DNA of 64,000 bases from an uncultured Methanoregulaceae archaeon. GTDB taxonomy: Archaea; Halobacteriota; Methanomicrobia; Methanomicrobiales; Methanospirillaceae. The notes beneath the pieces are model-generated. The model ran no database searches. It was not told the DNA's origin and saw only the letters and a list, made by a program, of their open reading frames with translations. This document shows positions 29,780 to 39,243 of this stretch, piece after piece (the stretch's first letter is position 1; every line of letters begins with the position of its first letter). The DNA is taken from assembly GCA_963705255.1 (NCBI GenBank), contig OY970061.1:2336001-2400000 (forward strand). Reading direction: 5' to 3'. A program made the position numbers and the translations under genes.

Positions 29780-30420
29780 TCCATCCCCCTCCAGACCCCC
29801 TCCTCAGAGGGGTCCCCTACCCCCTACTCCTCCGGGCATGGGAGGGGTACCCCCCGCTCTGCTGAGGGAGGGGTAGCTACCCCCCTGTCTGACAGCCCCA
29901 GCACCTGCCCTTCCCCTGGAATATCCGACGGTATATTCTGTTTTTGCCGGCCCAGATAAAAGGGGGGGATACCCACCCCACCTTGCCTGAGGGGGGTACC
30001 CCCTTGTCCTGTGCAGGGAGGGGTACCCCTCCCCCCTGCCCCCCTTTGCTCAGACCACTCCCTCCACCCCACCCGTCCCTCAGTGAGAGGGGTAGGTACC
30101 TCTCTCGTGTTGCATGCCCGTGATCTTAAATTCGCGTGGAGTTCCCGTCGGTGAATCCGGTTTCCGGGCGGGTCCTGATCAAGGGGGTACCCACCTCTCA
30201 TATGCTAAGAGGGGTACCTACCCCCCCTTCCCCTGCCTCATTAGAAGGGGCACCCCCATCCCCGCAATCCAGCAGCAGGGGGGGGTCACCCCCCACGTGA
30301 AAACCAAACGGAGGGGGGGGTCGGATTGCGTCTGGAAAAAAGTTGGAGGGGGGGTTACCCCCCTGTTGAAAAATAAACGGGAGGGGGGTCGACCGTTGAC
30401 TCCCCCATTGCTTTTGGGCC
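29780..30420. repeat. Field of G-run/C-run mini-palindromes with a ~45-bp direct repeat
   Basis: About ten GGGG(T/G)AC(C/T)CC-type units; 30277-30323 and 30348-30391 are similar. Confidence 0.75.
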
Positions 30421-30501
30421 GGGCGGGGCCAGCCAGTGTATCACAGAGGCATTATGGTAATCTGTATGACAAGGTAATATACGAAAAGACCGGGCGTTTG
30501 C

Positions 30502-30716
30502 ATGCTTGTCAAATTCGAGTTCTATTCAGATGGTACATTCTGGTGCGGCCGGGTACCGGGGTCGATATCTTTACGCAGGGAAAGACTCTTGACGAGCTTG
30601 CGGCGAACATCCGGGAAGCGGTAGAACTCCGTTTTGCAGACGCACTGGAAAAGGGGGAGACCATCCGTATCCTCTCAATATCCGGGGCTGAGGTCGATAA
30701 TGATGTCCAGGCTTGA
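30502..30716 (+). CDS. HicB-like antitoxin, frameshift near 30552
   Basis: MLVKFEFYSDGTFWCGR continues in a shifted frame as GTGVDIFTQGKTLDELAANIREAVEL. Confidence 0.7.
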
Positions 30717-30870
30717 TGAAATCGTAGTGGAGGAATATCCCCCCGATGCAGATCTTACTGACGAACTTCTGTCCGATGAAGAGATCGAGGATATGAAGGC
30801 AAGCACGGACGATATCAGAGCCGGGCGGGTAAAGACGCTCAAGACCGTCCGGGATGAGCTCCATATCTGA
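30703..30870 (+). CDS. Small acidic antitoxin-like protein or fragment
   Basis: LSDEEIEDMKASTDDIRAGRVKTLKTVRDEL resembles C-termini of archaeal type II antitoxins. Confidence 0.5.
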   Translation: MSRLDEIVVEEYPPDADLTDELLSDEEIEDMKASTDDIRAGRVKTLKTVRDELHI

Positions 30871-30896
30871 TTACACAAAAAGATCTGCACGGATTA

Positions 30897-33227
30897 TTGA
30901 TCCGGTTTTCCAGGCCCCACACCCTTGCACACAATCGATACCTTAATGCCGATGCATGTATCCGATATTCAGTACCGCAACCATTCTCCTTGACAGAGGT
31001 GCCCGAAATCGCTCAGCAGGAAAACCGACCGGAGAAAAACCACACCCCCTTCATTGACTTCCCGGGAAAGGGGGACGATACCCGGCTCGGGGCCGTTATA
31101 GCATTCCTCATCGCGGTCATCTTCATCTTCGATATCGTGACCCCGCTCAGCCTCGTGGTCTGGACGCTCTACCTCCTGCCGCTCTTCCTGACCGTGTACG
31201 CCCGGCAGCGGTTCGCCCCTGTGTACGTCGCATTCGCGGTGATCCTGCTCTCCATCATCGGTATTTTTCTTTCGTACCCGGATGTCCCGATCACGAATGC
31301 GCTGGTCAACCGCGTCTTCTTCTCCATGGTGCTCGTTGTCCTCGCCTACTTCATCTGGAATTACCGGGAAAATGTATCGGCCCTCGGCGAAAGCAGGGAA
31401 AGGCTCCGGCAGGCCAACGCCCTGCTCACCAGCCACATGGGCAACTCCCCGCTTGCCATCGTCGAATTCGATGCGCAGTTCCGGATCACCCGCTGGACGG
31501 GCGAAGCCACCCGGATTTTTGGCTGGACAGCGGATGAGGTGATGGGGAAGGCTATCGGTGAGTTCCCCTGGGTCTACGAGGAGGATGTCTCCCGGGTGAC
31601 CGCGATCTCTGCCGCCATGCTTGAAGGGAAGAGCCCCAGCAACATGCACGCCAACCGCAACTACCGGAAGGACGGAACGGTAATCGAGTGCGAATGGTAC
31701 AACTCGGCCCTCCGGGACAAGGAGGGAAACCTCGTCTCGATCTTCTCCCAGGTACTGGAAGTGACGGCGCGAAGGCGTGCGGAAGCAGAAATCAGGAAGA
31801 AAAATACCGAACTGAACGCCGCCAACGAGGAGCTGACGGCTGCACAGGAAGAACTCAGGCAGAACGTCGACGAACTTGGGAAAAAAGAGCAGGAACTGAC
31901 CGAACAGAACGAGGAGATGAAGGCGCTTAACGAGGAGCTCACCTCGACTCACGAAAAACTGGTCCAGAACTTCGATGAACTCGCCCGGGCGGAGACTGCC
32001 CTCAGGGAGTCAAACGAGCGTCTTGAACAGCGCGTCGCGGAGCGGACGTTGCAGCTGGAAAAAGCCGTGAATGTTGCGGGAGCCGAACGCAAGCGGCTGT
32101 ACGACGTGCTCGATACCCTGCCGGCCTATGTCTGCCTGCTTGACGAAAATTACCATATGCCCTTTGCCAACCGGTACTTCCGGGAGACGTTCGGGGAATC
32201 GCACGGCCGGTGCTGTTACGATTTCCTCTTCAACAAGACCGCGCCTTGCGAAACGTGTGAGACGTACACCGTCATGAAGACACGGGCGCCCCATCATTGG
32301 TACTGGACCGGCCCGAACGGCAGGGATTACGACATCTACGACTTCCCCTTCGCTGACACGGACGGCTCGTTCCTGATCCTCGAGATGGGTATCGACATCA
32401 CGGAGAGGAACAAGGCAGAAAAAGCCCTCCGGGAAGCGCACGATGTCCTCGAGGCCCGGGTGCAGGAACGGACAAAAGAACTCCGGCAGAAGAACGAAGA
32501 CCTCAATGCGCTCAACGAAGAACACACCGCAACGCAGGAAGAGCTCCGGCAGAATCTCGAAGAACTCACCCTCAGGGAGGAGGATCTCAGTAAAGCGCTC
32601 GCTGAAAAAGAGGTCCTCCTCTCCGAGATCCACCACCGGGTCAAGAACAACCTGACTGCATTCATCTCCCTGCTCAGCCTCGAAGGTGCCTACCAGGACA
32701 CACCCGACGGGCGTGCGCTCCGCCTCGACCTGCAGAACCGGGCGCGGAGCATGGCGCTCGTCCACGAGACCCTGTACAGGACACATATGTATAATGAAGT
32801 CGATATGGGGGTTTACCTCACAAACCTCATTGACCAGATTGAAAATTCGTTCAAGACACAACGATCGGTAAAAACAGTCGTCGACGCTCACGGGATCATG
32901 CTCGATATCCCGCGGGCAACTCCTGCCGGGCTCATCGTCAACGAGCTGATGACCAACGCCCTCAAGCACGCCTTCCCCGAATCCGCCACGTGCGGGACAC
33001 CGGGGTCGGAACCGTGCACTTTCCGTGTCGAATTCGCCCAAAGCGACGGGTTCTATACGCTCTCGGTCAGCGACAACGGGATTGGTCTCCCGGCCTCGAT
33101 TGATATCAAAACAACGAAGTCCCTCGGGCTCAAGCTCGTGCACTTCCTCGCAAAGCACCAGCTCCGGGCCACCATTGACATCGACACGTCAGGCGGCACA
33201 AAATATACGTTCCGGTTCGAGGCGTAA
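30897..33227 (+). CDS. Membrane PAS-PAS sensor histidine kinase (HisKA_2 type)
   Basis: N-terminal TMs, two PAS/PAC domains, EIHHRVKNNL, NELMTNALKHAF, DNGIG, SLGL; start uncertain. Confidence 0.92.
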   Translation: MIRFSRPHTLAHNRYLNADACIRYSVPQPFSLTEVPEIAQQENRPEKNHTPFIDFPGKGDDTRLGAVIAFLIAVIFIFDIVTPLSLVVWTLYLLPLFLTVYARQRFAPVYVAFAVILLSIIGIFLSYPDVPITNALVNRVFFSMVLVVLAYFIWNYRENVSALGESRERLRQANALLTSHMGNSPLAIVEFDAQFRITRWTGEATRIFGWTADEVMGKAIGEFPWVYEEDVSRVTAISAAMLEGKSPSNMHANRNYRKDGTVIECEWYNSALRDKEGNLVSIFSQVLEVTARRRAEAEIRKKNTELNAANEELTAAQEELRQNVDELGKKEQELTEQNEEMKALNEELTSTHEKLVQNFDELARAETALRESNERLEQRVAERTLQLEKAVNVAGAERKRLYDVLDTLPAYVCLLDENYHMPFANRYFRETFGESHGRCCYDFLFNKTAPCETCETYTVMKTRAPHHWYWTGPNGRDYDIYDFPFADTDGSFLILEMGIDITERNKAEKALREAHDVLEARVQERTKELRQKNEDLNALNEEHTATQEELRQNLEELTLREEDLSKALAEKEVLLSEIHHRVKNNLTAFISLLSLEGAYQDTPDGRALRLDLQNRARSMALVHETLYRTHMYNEVDMGVYLTNLIDQIENSFKTQRSVKTVVDAHGIMLDIPRATPAGLIVNELMTNALKHAFPESATCGTPGSEPCTFRVEFAQSDGFYTLSVSDNGIGLPASIDIKTTKSLGLKLVHFLAKHQLRATIDIDTSGGTKYTFRFEA

Positions 33228-33368
33228 AGACTTTTTCCGGAGCCGGAAACGGCCGGATCCGGCCTCTTCTCTCGGAAAACTCCCCACAACCGCTATCATG
33301 CATCATGGTTGAAGAACAGGGTGCCACCATCCCAACCCCTAAATATGATCCAGCTCACATCACTGCCC

Positions 33369-33755
33369 ATGGCAAACATTGCATACTTCGATATCCCGGC
33401 CGACAACGTCGACCGCGCGAAGCACTTCTACCACGCCCTCCTCGGGTGGAAGATCGAACCGACCGCGGTTCCCATGGACTCTCCGAAGATGGCAGCGATG
33501 CAGTACCAGGATGTCACGACCGGCAAACCCCTAGAAGGGACCATGCATATGGGCGGACTGTACAAGCGGCAGATGAACGAGCCGATCAAAAACTACGTGA
33601 TGGTCGACGACATCGACAAGGTGCTCGCCAAGGTGGAGAAACTGGGAGGGAAGATTGCCATGCCGAAGGAGGAGATCAAGGGGGTCGGGCTGGTGGCGAT
33701 GATCCAGGACTCCGAAGGAAATATCATCGGCCTCTGGAAGCCGGCGATGCGGTAG
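33369..33755 (+). CDS. VOC/glyoxalase family protein
   Basis: FDIPADNVDRAKHFY..LLGW, DSEGNIIGLW. Confidence 0.9.
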   Translation: MANIAYFDIPADNVDRAKHFYHALLGWKIEPTAVPMDSPKMAAMQYQDVTTGKPLEGTMHMGGLYKRQMNEPIKNYVMVDDIDKVLAKVEKLGGKIAMPKEEIKGVGLVAMIQDSEGNIIGLWKPAMR

Positions 33756-33827
33756 GCCCGGACCTGCCTTAAAATCCAGGCACTCCTAGGAGGAGCAGAC
33801 CGGCAAAAACCGTAAACCCTGTTCTGA

Positions 33828-34976
33828 CTACCGCTCCACAACCGACCGCATCAGCGCCATGATGCCCGGCTTCGCCTTCTTCCGGGGCGCACCGAACCCC
33901 ACCCCCGGCTCCTCGAACATCTCTTTGTTCAGCCGCTCGTTGAGCTCGTCGAAGATCCGCTTGTAGGCCGTGCAGTGGGGGTCAACCCCGTCGAGCGATC
34001 CGCCGGAGGGGGCGATCGCGTTGTAAGGGCAGCCTCCCCGGCAGTATTTGATGTGCGAACAGTCCCTGCAGGCCAGATCCACGTACTCAGAGAACGCCGT
34101 CATGCGCAGCCCGGGTCCGGACTGCATGAGGTCCTCCATCTTCGGGCGGTCCCGCACGTTGCCCATCACCCACTCCGGCATCCCGACAAAGCGGTAGCAG
34201 GGGTAGATGCTCCCGTCGGGGCCGATGGCGAACGTGTTGCCCATGCAGTTGACGAACGTGCAGACACTCCCCCGCCGGGTGAAGACGCAGCGGCAGAGGT
34301 CGTTGATGTTCATGACTTCCATAGTGCCGATATTTTCCAGCGACTTGTCGAGGAGGTAGACGAGAAGTTCGCCGTATTCCGCCGGTTCGAGCGCCCACTC
34401 CTTCGGGTTCTCCGAGCGGAGCGATGGGAGGGCAGGGTGCAGTTTCAGGACGAACCCTTTCTCCCTGAAAAAACTGAAGATCTCTTCCCGGTGTTTCACT
34501 GATTTGTTGGTGAACGTGCAGATGAACCGGACAAAAAGACCGTGGGATCTCGCGATCCCGTAACCCTTCATGCACTTTTCATAGTACCCCGCCCCCCGCT
34601 GGGAATCCGTGATCTCCTCCGGGCCGTCGATGCTGGAGCCGATGGGTATCCGGTACTCTGCGAGGACCTCTGCGATCTCCGGGGTCATCCGCCAGAGGTT
34701 CGTCTGCATCGCAAACTCGGGGGTGAGTTCCTTCAGCTCCCCCGCGAGCAGGGGCAGGGCCTGCCGGTAAAAATCAGCTCCTGCAAGGAGCGGCTCCCCG
34801 CCGTGGAAGGTGAAGGTGACCCGGTCGGAACGGAAATTTTTGAGCCAGACCACGACTTCCTTTACCGTGTCGATGCTCATGATTGGAGATCCTTCCTCCG
34901 AGCTCCAGCAGTACCTGCACTTGGACGGGCACCCGAGCGTCGGGATGAGCATGATGTGGAAAGGGCTCTTCATCAC
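33828..34976 (-). CDS. Radical SAM/SPASM enzyme (methanogen peptide-modifying type, TIGR04083-like)
   Basis: IPTLGCPSKCRYC, FHGGEPLL, SPASM cysteines C...GSIYPC...CRDC...YCRGGC...C. Confidence 0.85.
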   Translation of the reverse strand: MMKSPFHIMLIPTLGCPSKCRYCWSSEEGSPIMSIDTVKEVVVWLKNFRSDRVTFTFHGGEPLLAGADFYRQALPLLAGELKELTPEFAMQTNLWRMTPEIAEVLAEYRIPIGSSIDGPEEITDSQRGAGYYEKCMKGYGIARSHGLFVRFICTFTNKSVKHREEIFSFFREKGFVLKLHPALPSLRSENPKEWALEPAEYGELLVYLLDKSLENIGTMEVMNINDLCRCVFTRRGSVCTFVNCMGNTFAIGPDGSIYPCYRFVGMPEWVMGNVRDRPKMEDLMQSGPGLRMTAFSEYVDLACRDCSHIKYCRGGCPYNAIAPSGGSLDGVDPHCTAYKRIFDELNERLNKEMFEEPGVGFGAPRKKAKPGIMALMRSVVER

Positions 34977-35131
34977 CCAGTTTTTCCCTCCGTCAGGGTA
35001 TAAGGGTTATCATCTTTCCCGTTCAGACGAAAGCGGATCCGATGGGGGACGTTACCCGCCGGTTTTTTAGCCTACGCAACAACAGTACCTTGATACATCC
35101 AGTCACCGATTGGTCTGAAAACCGTCCGGAG

Positions 35132-35910
35132 ATGATCACCCACGGTTGAAAAAAAGACGATATCCATCTCATCGGATCCCGTTTTCCTGGAGGAATTATC
35201 TGAATACCTCGAGGCGCTCTCAAATCCCCTGCGGCTGAAGATCCTCACGTTCATCGGGCGCGAACCCCGTGAGATCACGGCGATTGCAGAACATACCGGC
35301 ATGAGCTACCAGAACACCAAAAAACACCTCGACCGTCTGGTCAGTACGGGCCTTGTGCAGAGGGCAGCCGGGTTCGGGAGGGAGACGGACCGCGGCATTG
35401 CCCCGGTCTGGAAATACTCCCTTGCAGAAGGGGGCCTTGAGAACATCACCCGCACGCTGGGCGTCTTTTCCAGTATTGTGACGCCCCTCGGGTACAGCGA
35501 CATACGGGAGCGGATCAGGGCCGTGCGGTCAGCGCTCGCTGGGAACGGTGAAGAGGCAGGACCGATCCTGTACGTGATCGGCGGTGCTGCGGACGGGAAA
35601 GCATTTGTCCTGAAAAAGGAGCGGACCCCGGTGGGGCGCGAGGACCCTGAGCACCCACCCGCTGGAGACGCCGGGGTCGTCGTCCTGCCGGACGAGTACC
35701 CGGGCGGTGACAAGAGTGACAAAACCCCATGCGGTCCTGATCCGGACTCCTGAGTCCTGGCAGATCGAGGACAACGCAAGCACTGGCGGGACGTTCGTCA
35801 ACTCGCGGCGCCTGGACCCCTTGAAAAGGACGAAGCTTGCAAACGGCGACGTGATCGACCTGTCGGTCGGTGCGAACGCCGCACGGTTCCTGTTCATTTC
35901 GGATGAGTGA
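35132..35910 (+). CDS. ArsR-like winged-HTH fused to FHA domain; apparent frameshifts near 35140 and 35700
   Basis: ALSNPLRLKIL...MSYQNTKKHLDRLVSTGLV; FHA VGRED...TRVTKPHA...STGGTFVN...GDVI. Confidence 0.8.
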
Positions 35911-37237
35911 TGGGCTGATGGGAGACGACAACCGGAAAAAACCTGCACGGCACATACCAGGCCCCTCCGTGCGGGAGACCTTCGTGCTCCTGTCCCTTTC
36001 GGTGCTGGTGCTCATGGTTGTACCGGCCGCGGCACTCATCCCTGTGGGCATGGTAAACGACCCGGCCGTTTCCTCCGGCAGCGCCTCCATCAGGGACCCG
36101 GGTGCAGGGGCGTCCCGGATAGTAGCAGCATCCAATACCCCCTTCAATGTGCATCCGGTCCCGACACCACCTCCCGCCCGGCTGAACCGGACCTCCCTTC
36201 TCCAGCTGGCTGCACGAGCTGTGGCTGAACGGCCGAGAGTGGCGTTCATTCTCATCGTCGCTCTCGCCCTCATCGGGCTTGGGGCAGTCCTGTACCTCCT
36301 CTTCCGCAGCAGGAGACGACCGTTTTGGGGAAGGGGGAAAAGCGCAAAAGGACCGCCGGGTCATGCCACCGTCATCGAGGCGCCGCCCGCTTCAAAGCCG
36401 GCGGGAGGAACCACCGCCGGGTATCCGGAGCCTGCCGTACCGTTTCCCCCGTCGCTGGAGAAACGGTTCCTCAGCCCTGTCTTTATCGGGGAGGGGGGGC
36501 TTGCCCGGATCTTCCGTGCGGAGAACGCAAAGACGCATCAGACCGTTGCCGTCAAGATACCCGTACGGTTCGACGAGGTCACCGGCACCCACTTCACCCG
36601 GGACATCGTATTCTGGCAGGGCCTCGAACACCCGAACATCATCAGGATCTTCTCCTCCAACATCCTCCCCGTCCCCTACATAGAGATGGAATATGCACCC
36701 TCATCCCTTGCAGCCCTCCCCCTTCCGCTGCCGGAGGAGAGAGCGGTTGGGATGGTACTGGGGATTGCCCACGGGCTTGCCTACGCCCACTCCAGGGGGA
36801 TCGTCCACCGGGACATCAAGCCGGAGAACATCCTGATCGCTGCCGACGGAACCCCGAAGATCACCGACTGGGGCCTTGGCAGGGCCATCGGCGACACCCG
36901 CCAGTCCAGTATGATCGGCTACTCACCGGCATATGCCGCCCCGGAACAGATCGCACCCCGGCGGTATGGCAGGCCCGGTCCGGCGACGGACATCTACCAG
37001 CTCGGGATGCTCCTCTACGAGATGCTGACCGGCTCCGTTGCGTTCGACAGCAAGGGGATGCATGACCTGAACCTGGCAATCCTGAACGACTTGCCTGTCC
37101 TGCCTTCATGGCATGGCAGTCATGAAAAGGAGCTCAGGGAGATCATCATGAGGTGCCTTGCGAAACGACCGGAAGAGCGGTATGGGTCGGTTGCGGACCT
37201 TATCCGGGCCCTCGAGTCGATCCGGTTCCCTGCGTAA
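35903..37237 (+). CDS. Membrane-anchored Hanks-type Ser/Thr protein kinase
   Basis: GEGGLA, VAVK, HRDIKPEN, DWG, YAAPE, DIYQLG, R.EER; two N-terminal hydrophobic segments. Confidence 0.93.
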   Translation: MSDGLMGDDNRKKPARHIPGPSVRETFVLLSLSVLVLMVVPAAALIPVGMVNDPAVSSGSASIRDPGAGASRIVAASNTPFNVHPVPTPPPARLNRTSLLQLAARAVAERPRVAFILIVALALIGLGAVLYLLFRSRRRPFWGRGKSAKGPPGHATVIEAPPASKPAGGTTAGYPEPAVPFPPSLEKRFLSPVFIGEGGLARIFRAENAKTHQTVAVKIPVRFDEVTGTHFTRDIVFWQGLEHPNIIRIFSSNILPVPYIEMEYAPSSLAALPLPLPEERAVGMVLGIAHGLAYAHSRGIVHRDIKPENILIAADGTPKITDWGLGRAIGDTRQSSMIGYSPAYAAPEQIAPRRYGRPGPATDIYQLGMLLYEMLTGSVAFDSKGMHDLNLAILNDLPVLPSWHGSHEKELREIIMRCLAKRPEERYGSVADLIRALESIRFPA

Positions 37238-37310
37238 ATGCGTACCAAAAAAGCCGGGCCGGCAGGGTATCGGGCAAAAAAAATTATCAGGGTGATTATC
37301 GTCGCCGTTG

Positions 37311-38906
37311 TCAGTCGCGCTTCTCGTCTTCGGTAACCTGTGCAAGGATCTCCGCGGTCGGACCGATCCCGATGATCTTCCCGCCCCGCATCATTGCCAG
37401 CCGGTCGCAGATATCCCTGACGAAATCCATGTCGTGAGAGACCACGATGAAGGTCTCATCCATCTCGTCGCGGGCATGCAGGATGGAGTGTTTCACGTCC
37501 TGCTTGGTGATCGGATCCATGGTGCCGGTCGGCTCATCGAGGATAACGAGGCGCGGCTCCCGTATGAGCACTTGCGCAAGGGCAACGCGGTGGCGTTCCC
37601 CATCGGATAGTTCGCCCGGGAACCGGTTCAGGATCTCCCTGGATTTCTCTTCGGTGAACCCGGACATCCGGAGCGTGACAATCGCTTTCCGTATCGCGAG
37701 TTCCTTGGGGAACTCCAGGCCGATCGAGTCGGTCAGGTTGTCGAGCACGGTCCTGTGGGGGAAGAGGTCATATTCCTGGTGGAGGAGCCCGATATACTCC
37801 TTCGCCCTTCCCCGCTCTTCAATCCCTGGTTTTGTCATGTCCACCCAGGTATCGCCGATCAGGATGTTCATCTCCCCCCCCGTGGGTTCGATGATACCGG
37901 AGATGATCTGCGAGAGTGTCGTCTTGCCGGCCCCGCTTTTCCCGATGATGCCGAAGATCTCCTTCCTTGCGACATCGAACGTCACGCTGTTCACGGCCTT
38001 GATTACGCCACGATCAACCGAGATGTAGCGCTTGGATATGTCCCGGGCGGCGAGGATCTTCTCCCCGAGTTCGGGTGGCGCCGATTCCTCGATGTCATGA
38101 TAGTCCCGCGTAAACGAGCGGATGACCTGCTTTGGCGAGCCGATTGAGGCGATTTCGCCATCCGCCAGCAGGATTGCGCGGTGCGCCATGTCCTCGATCA
38201 CCTGCGAGAAATGCGAGGTCACGACCATGCCCATCGTGGTGCGCTTCGCTGCTTCGGTCAGCATCCCGTGTACCAGCCGGGCGGTTTCCGGATCGAGCGT
38301 GCCCGTGGGCTCATCGGCAAAGAGCATGGCCGGGTTCTTGGCCAGCTGCCGGGCAAGCACCACCCGTTGTTTTTCCCCACCGGAAAGGTCGCGGGCGATG
38401 TGCATCATCCGGTGGGAGAGTCTCACCTGGTCGATGAGGTCGGCAGCCCGGTTGATCGCGTGTTCAGGCGGGTAACGGATGTCATCGAGTGCATGGAGAA
38501 CGTTCTCGATCACCCGGTCGTCACCGTACAGGGCGAACGTGCGCTGGAACATGATTGCGGTCCGGTTCATGACCCGGGACTTCATGCCGTCGCTCTTTTC
38601 GTCCCAGAGATTGACATCGGCAGCCACGAGTTCGCCCCCGCACTCGGGACAGGTGGTGCCGGCACGGCTCTGGACATCCATGAAGGTACAGCGGTTGCAG
38701 GCAGCCATGTGGTAGACGATCGAGCCGCTGGTCGGCGGCCGCTCAACACCCCTGAGGAGGTGCATGAGCACGCTTTTGCCGGCCCCGCTCCTCCCTATCA
38801 CCCCGACGATCTCCCCTTCCGGGATCTCGAACGACACCCTGTTCAGGACACGGGTGTCGTCGAAGTCCATGCAGAGGTCGTTTACGCTGATGAATGGTTT
38901 TGGCAT
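37311..38906 (-). CDS. atwA: Methyl-coenzyme M reductase system component A2 (double ABC ATPase)
   Basis: Two P-loops, CNRC/CPEC zinc insert, QRTFALYGDD, HRMMHIARDLSGGEKQR. Confidence 0.93.
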   Translation of the reverse strand: MPKPFISVNDLCMDFDDTRVLNRVSFEIPEGEIVGVIGRSGAGKSVLMHLLRGVERPPTSGSIVYHMAACNRCTFMDVQSRAGTTCPECGGELVAADVNLWDEKSDGMKSRVMNRTAIMFQRTFALYGDDRVIENVLHALDDIRYPPEHAINRAADLIDQVRLSHRMMHIARDLSGGEKQRVVLARQLAKNPAMLFADEPTGTLDPETARLVHGMLTEAAKRTTMGMVVTSHFSQVIEDMAHRAILLADGEIASIGSPKQVIRSFTRDYHDIEESAPPELGEKILAARDISKRYISVDRGVIKAVNSVTFDVARKEIFGIIGKSGAGKTTLSQIISGIIEPTGGEMNILIGDTWVDMTKPGIEERGRAKEYIGLLHQEYDLFPHRTVLDNLTDSIGLEFPKELAIRKAIVTLRMSGFTEEKSREILNRFPGELSDGERHRVALAQVLIREPRLVILDEPTGTMDPITKQDVKHSILHARDEMDETFIVVSHDMDFVRDICDRLAMMRGGKIIGIGPTAEILAQVTEDEKRD

Positions 38907-38936
38907 GATCTTCTCTCCCCGGAGTCCGGCTATTTA

Positions 38937-39074
38937 TCAGGTCTCTCTCTCCTCTGGCAGATCCGGATCCGTATCCTGTCGCGGGCACCTGTCAGCGTCC
39001 TGCCTGCAGGGTCCTCGTCCCCGTCCGATGATCCGTCCCCGTTTCAGCGGTCCTGTTCCATCAAAGTCCGGCAT
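38937..39074 (-). CDS. DUF5320-like small protein (45 aa), missed by ORF track
   Basis: MPDFDGTGPLKRGRIIGRGRGPCRQDADRCPRQDTDPDLPEERET; GGAG upstream of start. Confidence 0.75.
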   Translation of the reverse strand: MPDFDGTGPLKRGRIIGRGRGPCRQDADRCPRQDTDPDLPEERET

Positions 39075-39106
39075 CAGCTTGTGCTCCGTATCGTAGTTAC
39101 GTAATA

Positions 39107-39126
39107 TTTACACATATGCGCATAAA
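39107..39126 (-). promoter_or_regulatory. Candidate operator copy 1
   Basis: Minus strand TTTATGCGCATATGTGTAAA. Confidence 0.65.
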
Positions 39127-39243
39127 GATTTACGCATAGCGGATCACGAAAAAGAATTGAGCGGGAGGGCCGCCGCCTCCGTCACCGCATCGGTGCCGGC
39201 ACTCCGGGCCCGCCCTTCGGCAGAATGATATGGTCGCAGCTTG

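Noticed and set aside
29749-29830. Intact tRNA gene
   Set aside because: Only the T-loop and acceptor 3' strand are present; the T-stem does not pair and there is no anticodon or D arm
29759-30500. ORFs across the G/C-run field
   Set aside because: Gly/Pro/Arg-rich translations are by-products of homopolymer runs; only the last ~55 codons of 30114..30716 belong to the HicB-like gene
31790-32580. Repeated NEELT..QEELRQN segments in the histidine kinase
   Set aside because: Ordinary coiled-coil linkers of methanogen PAS kinases
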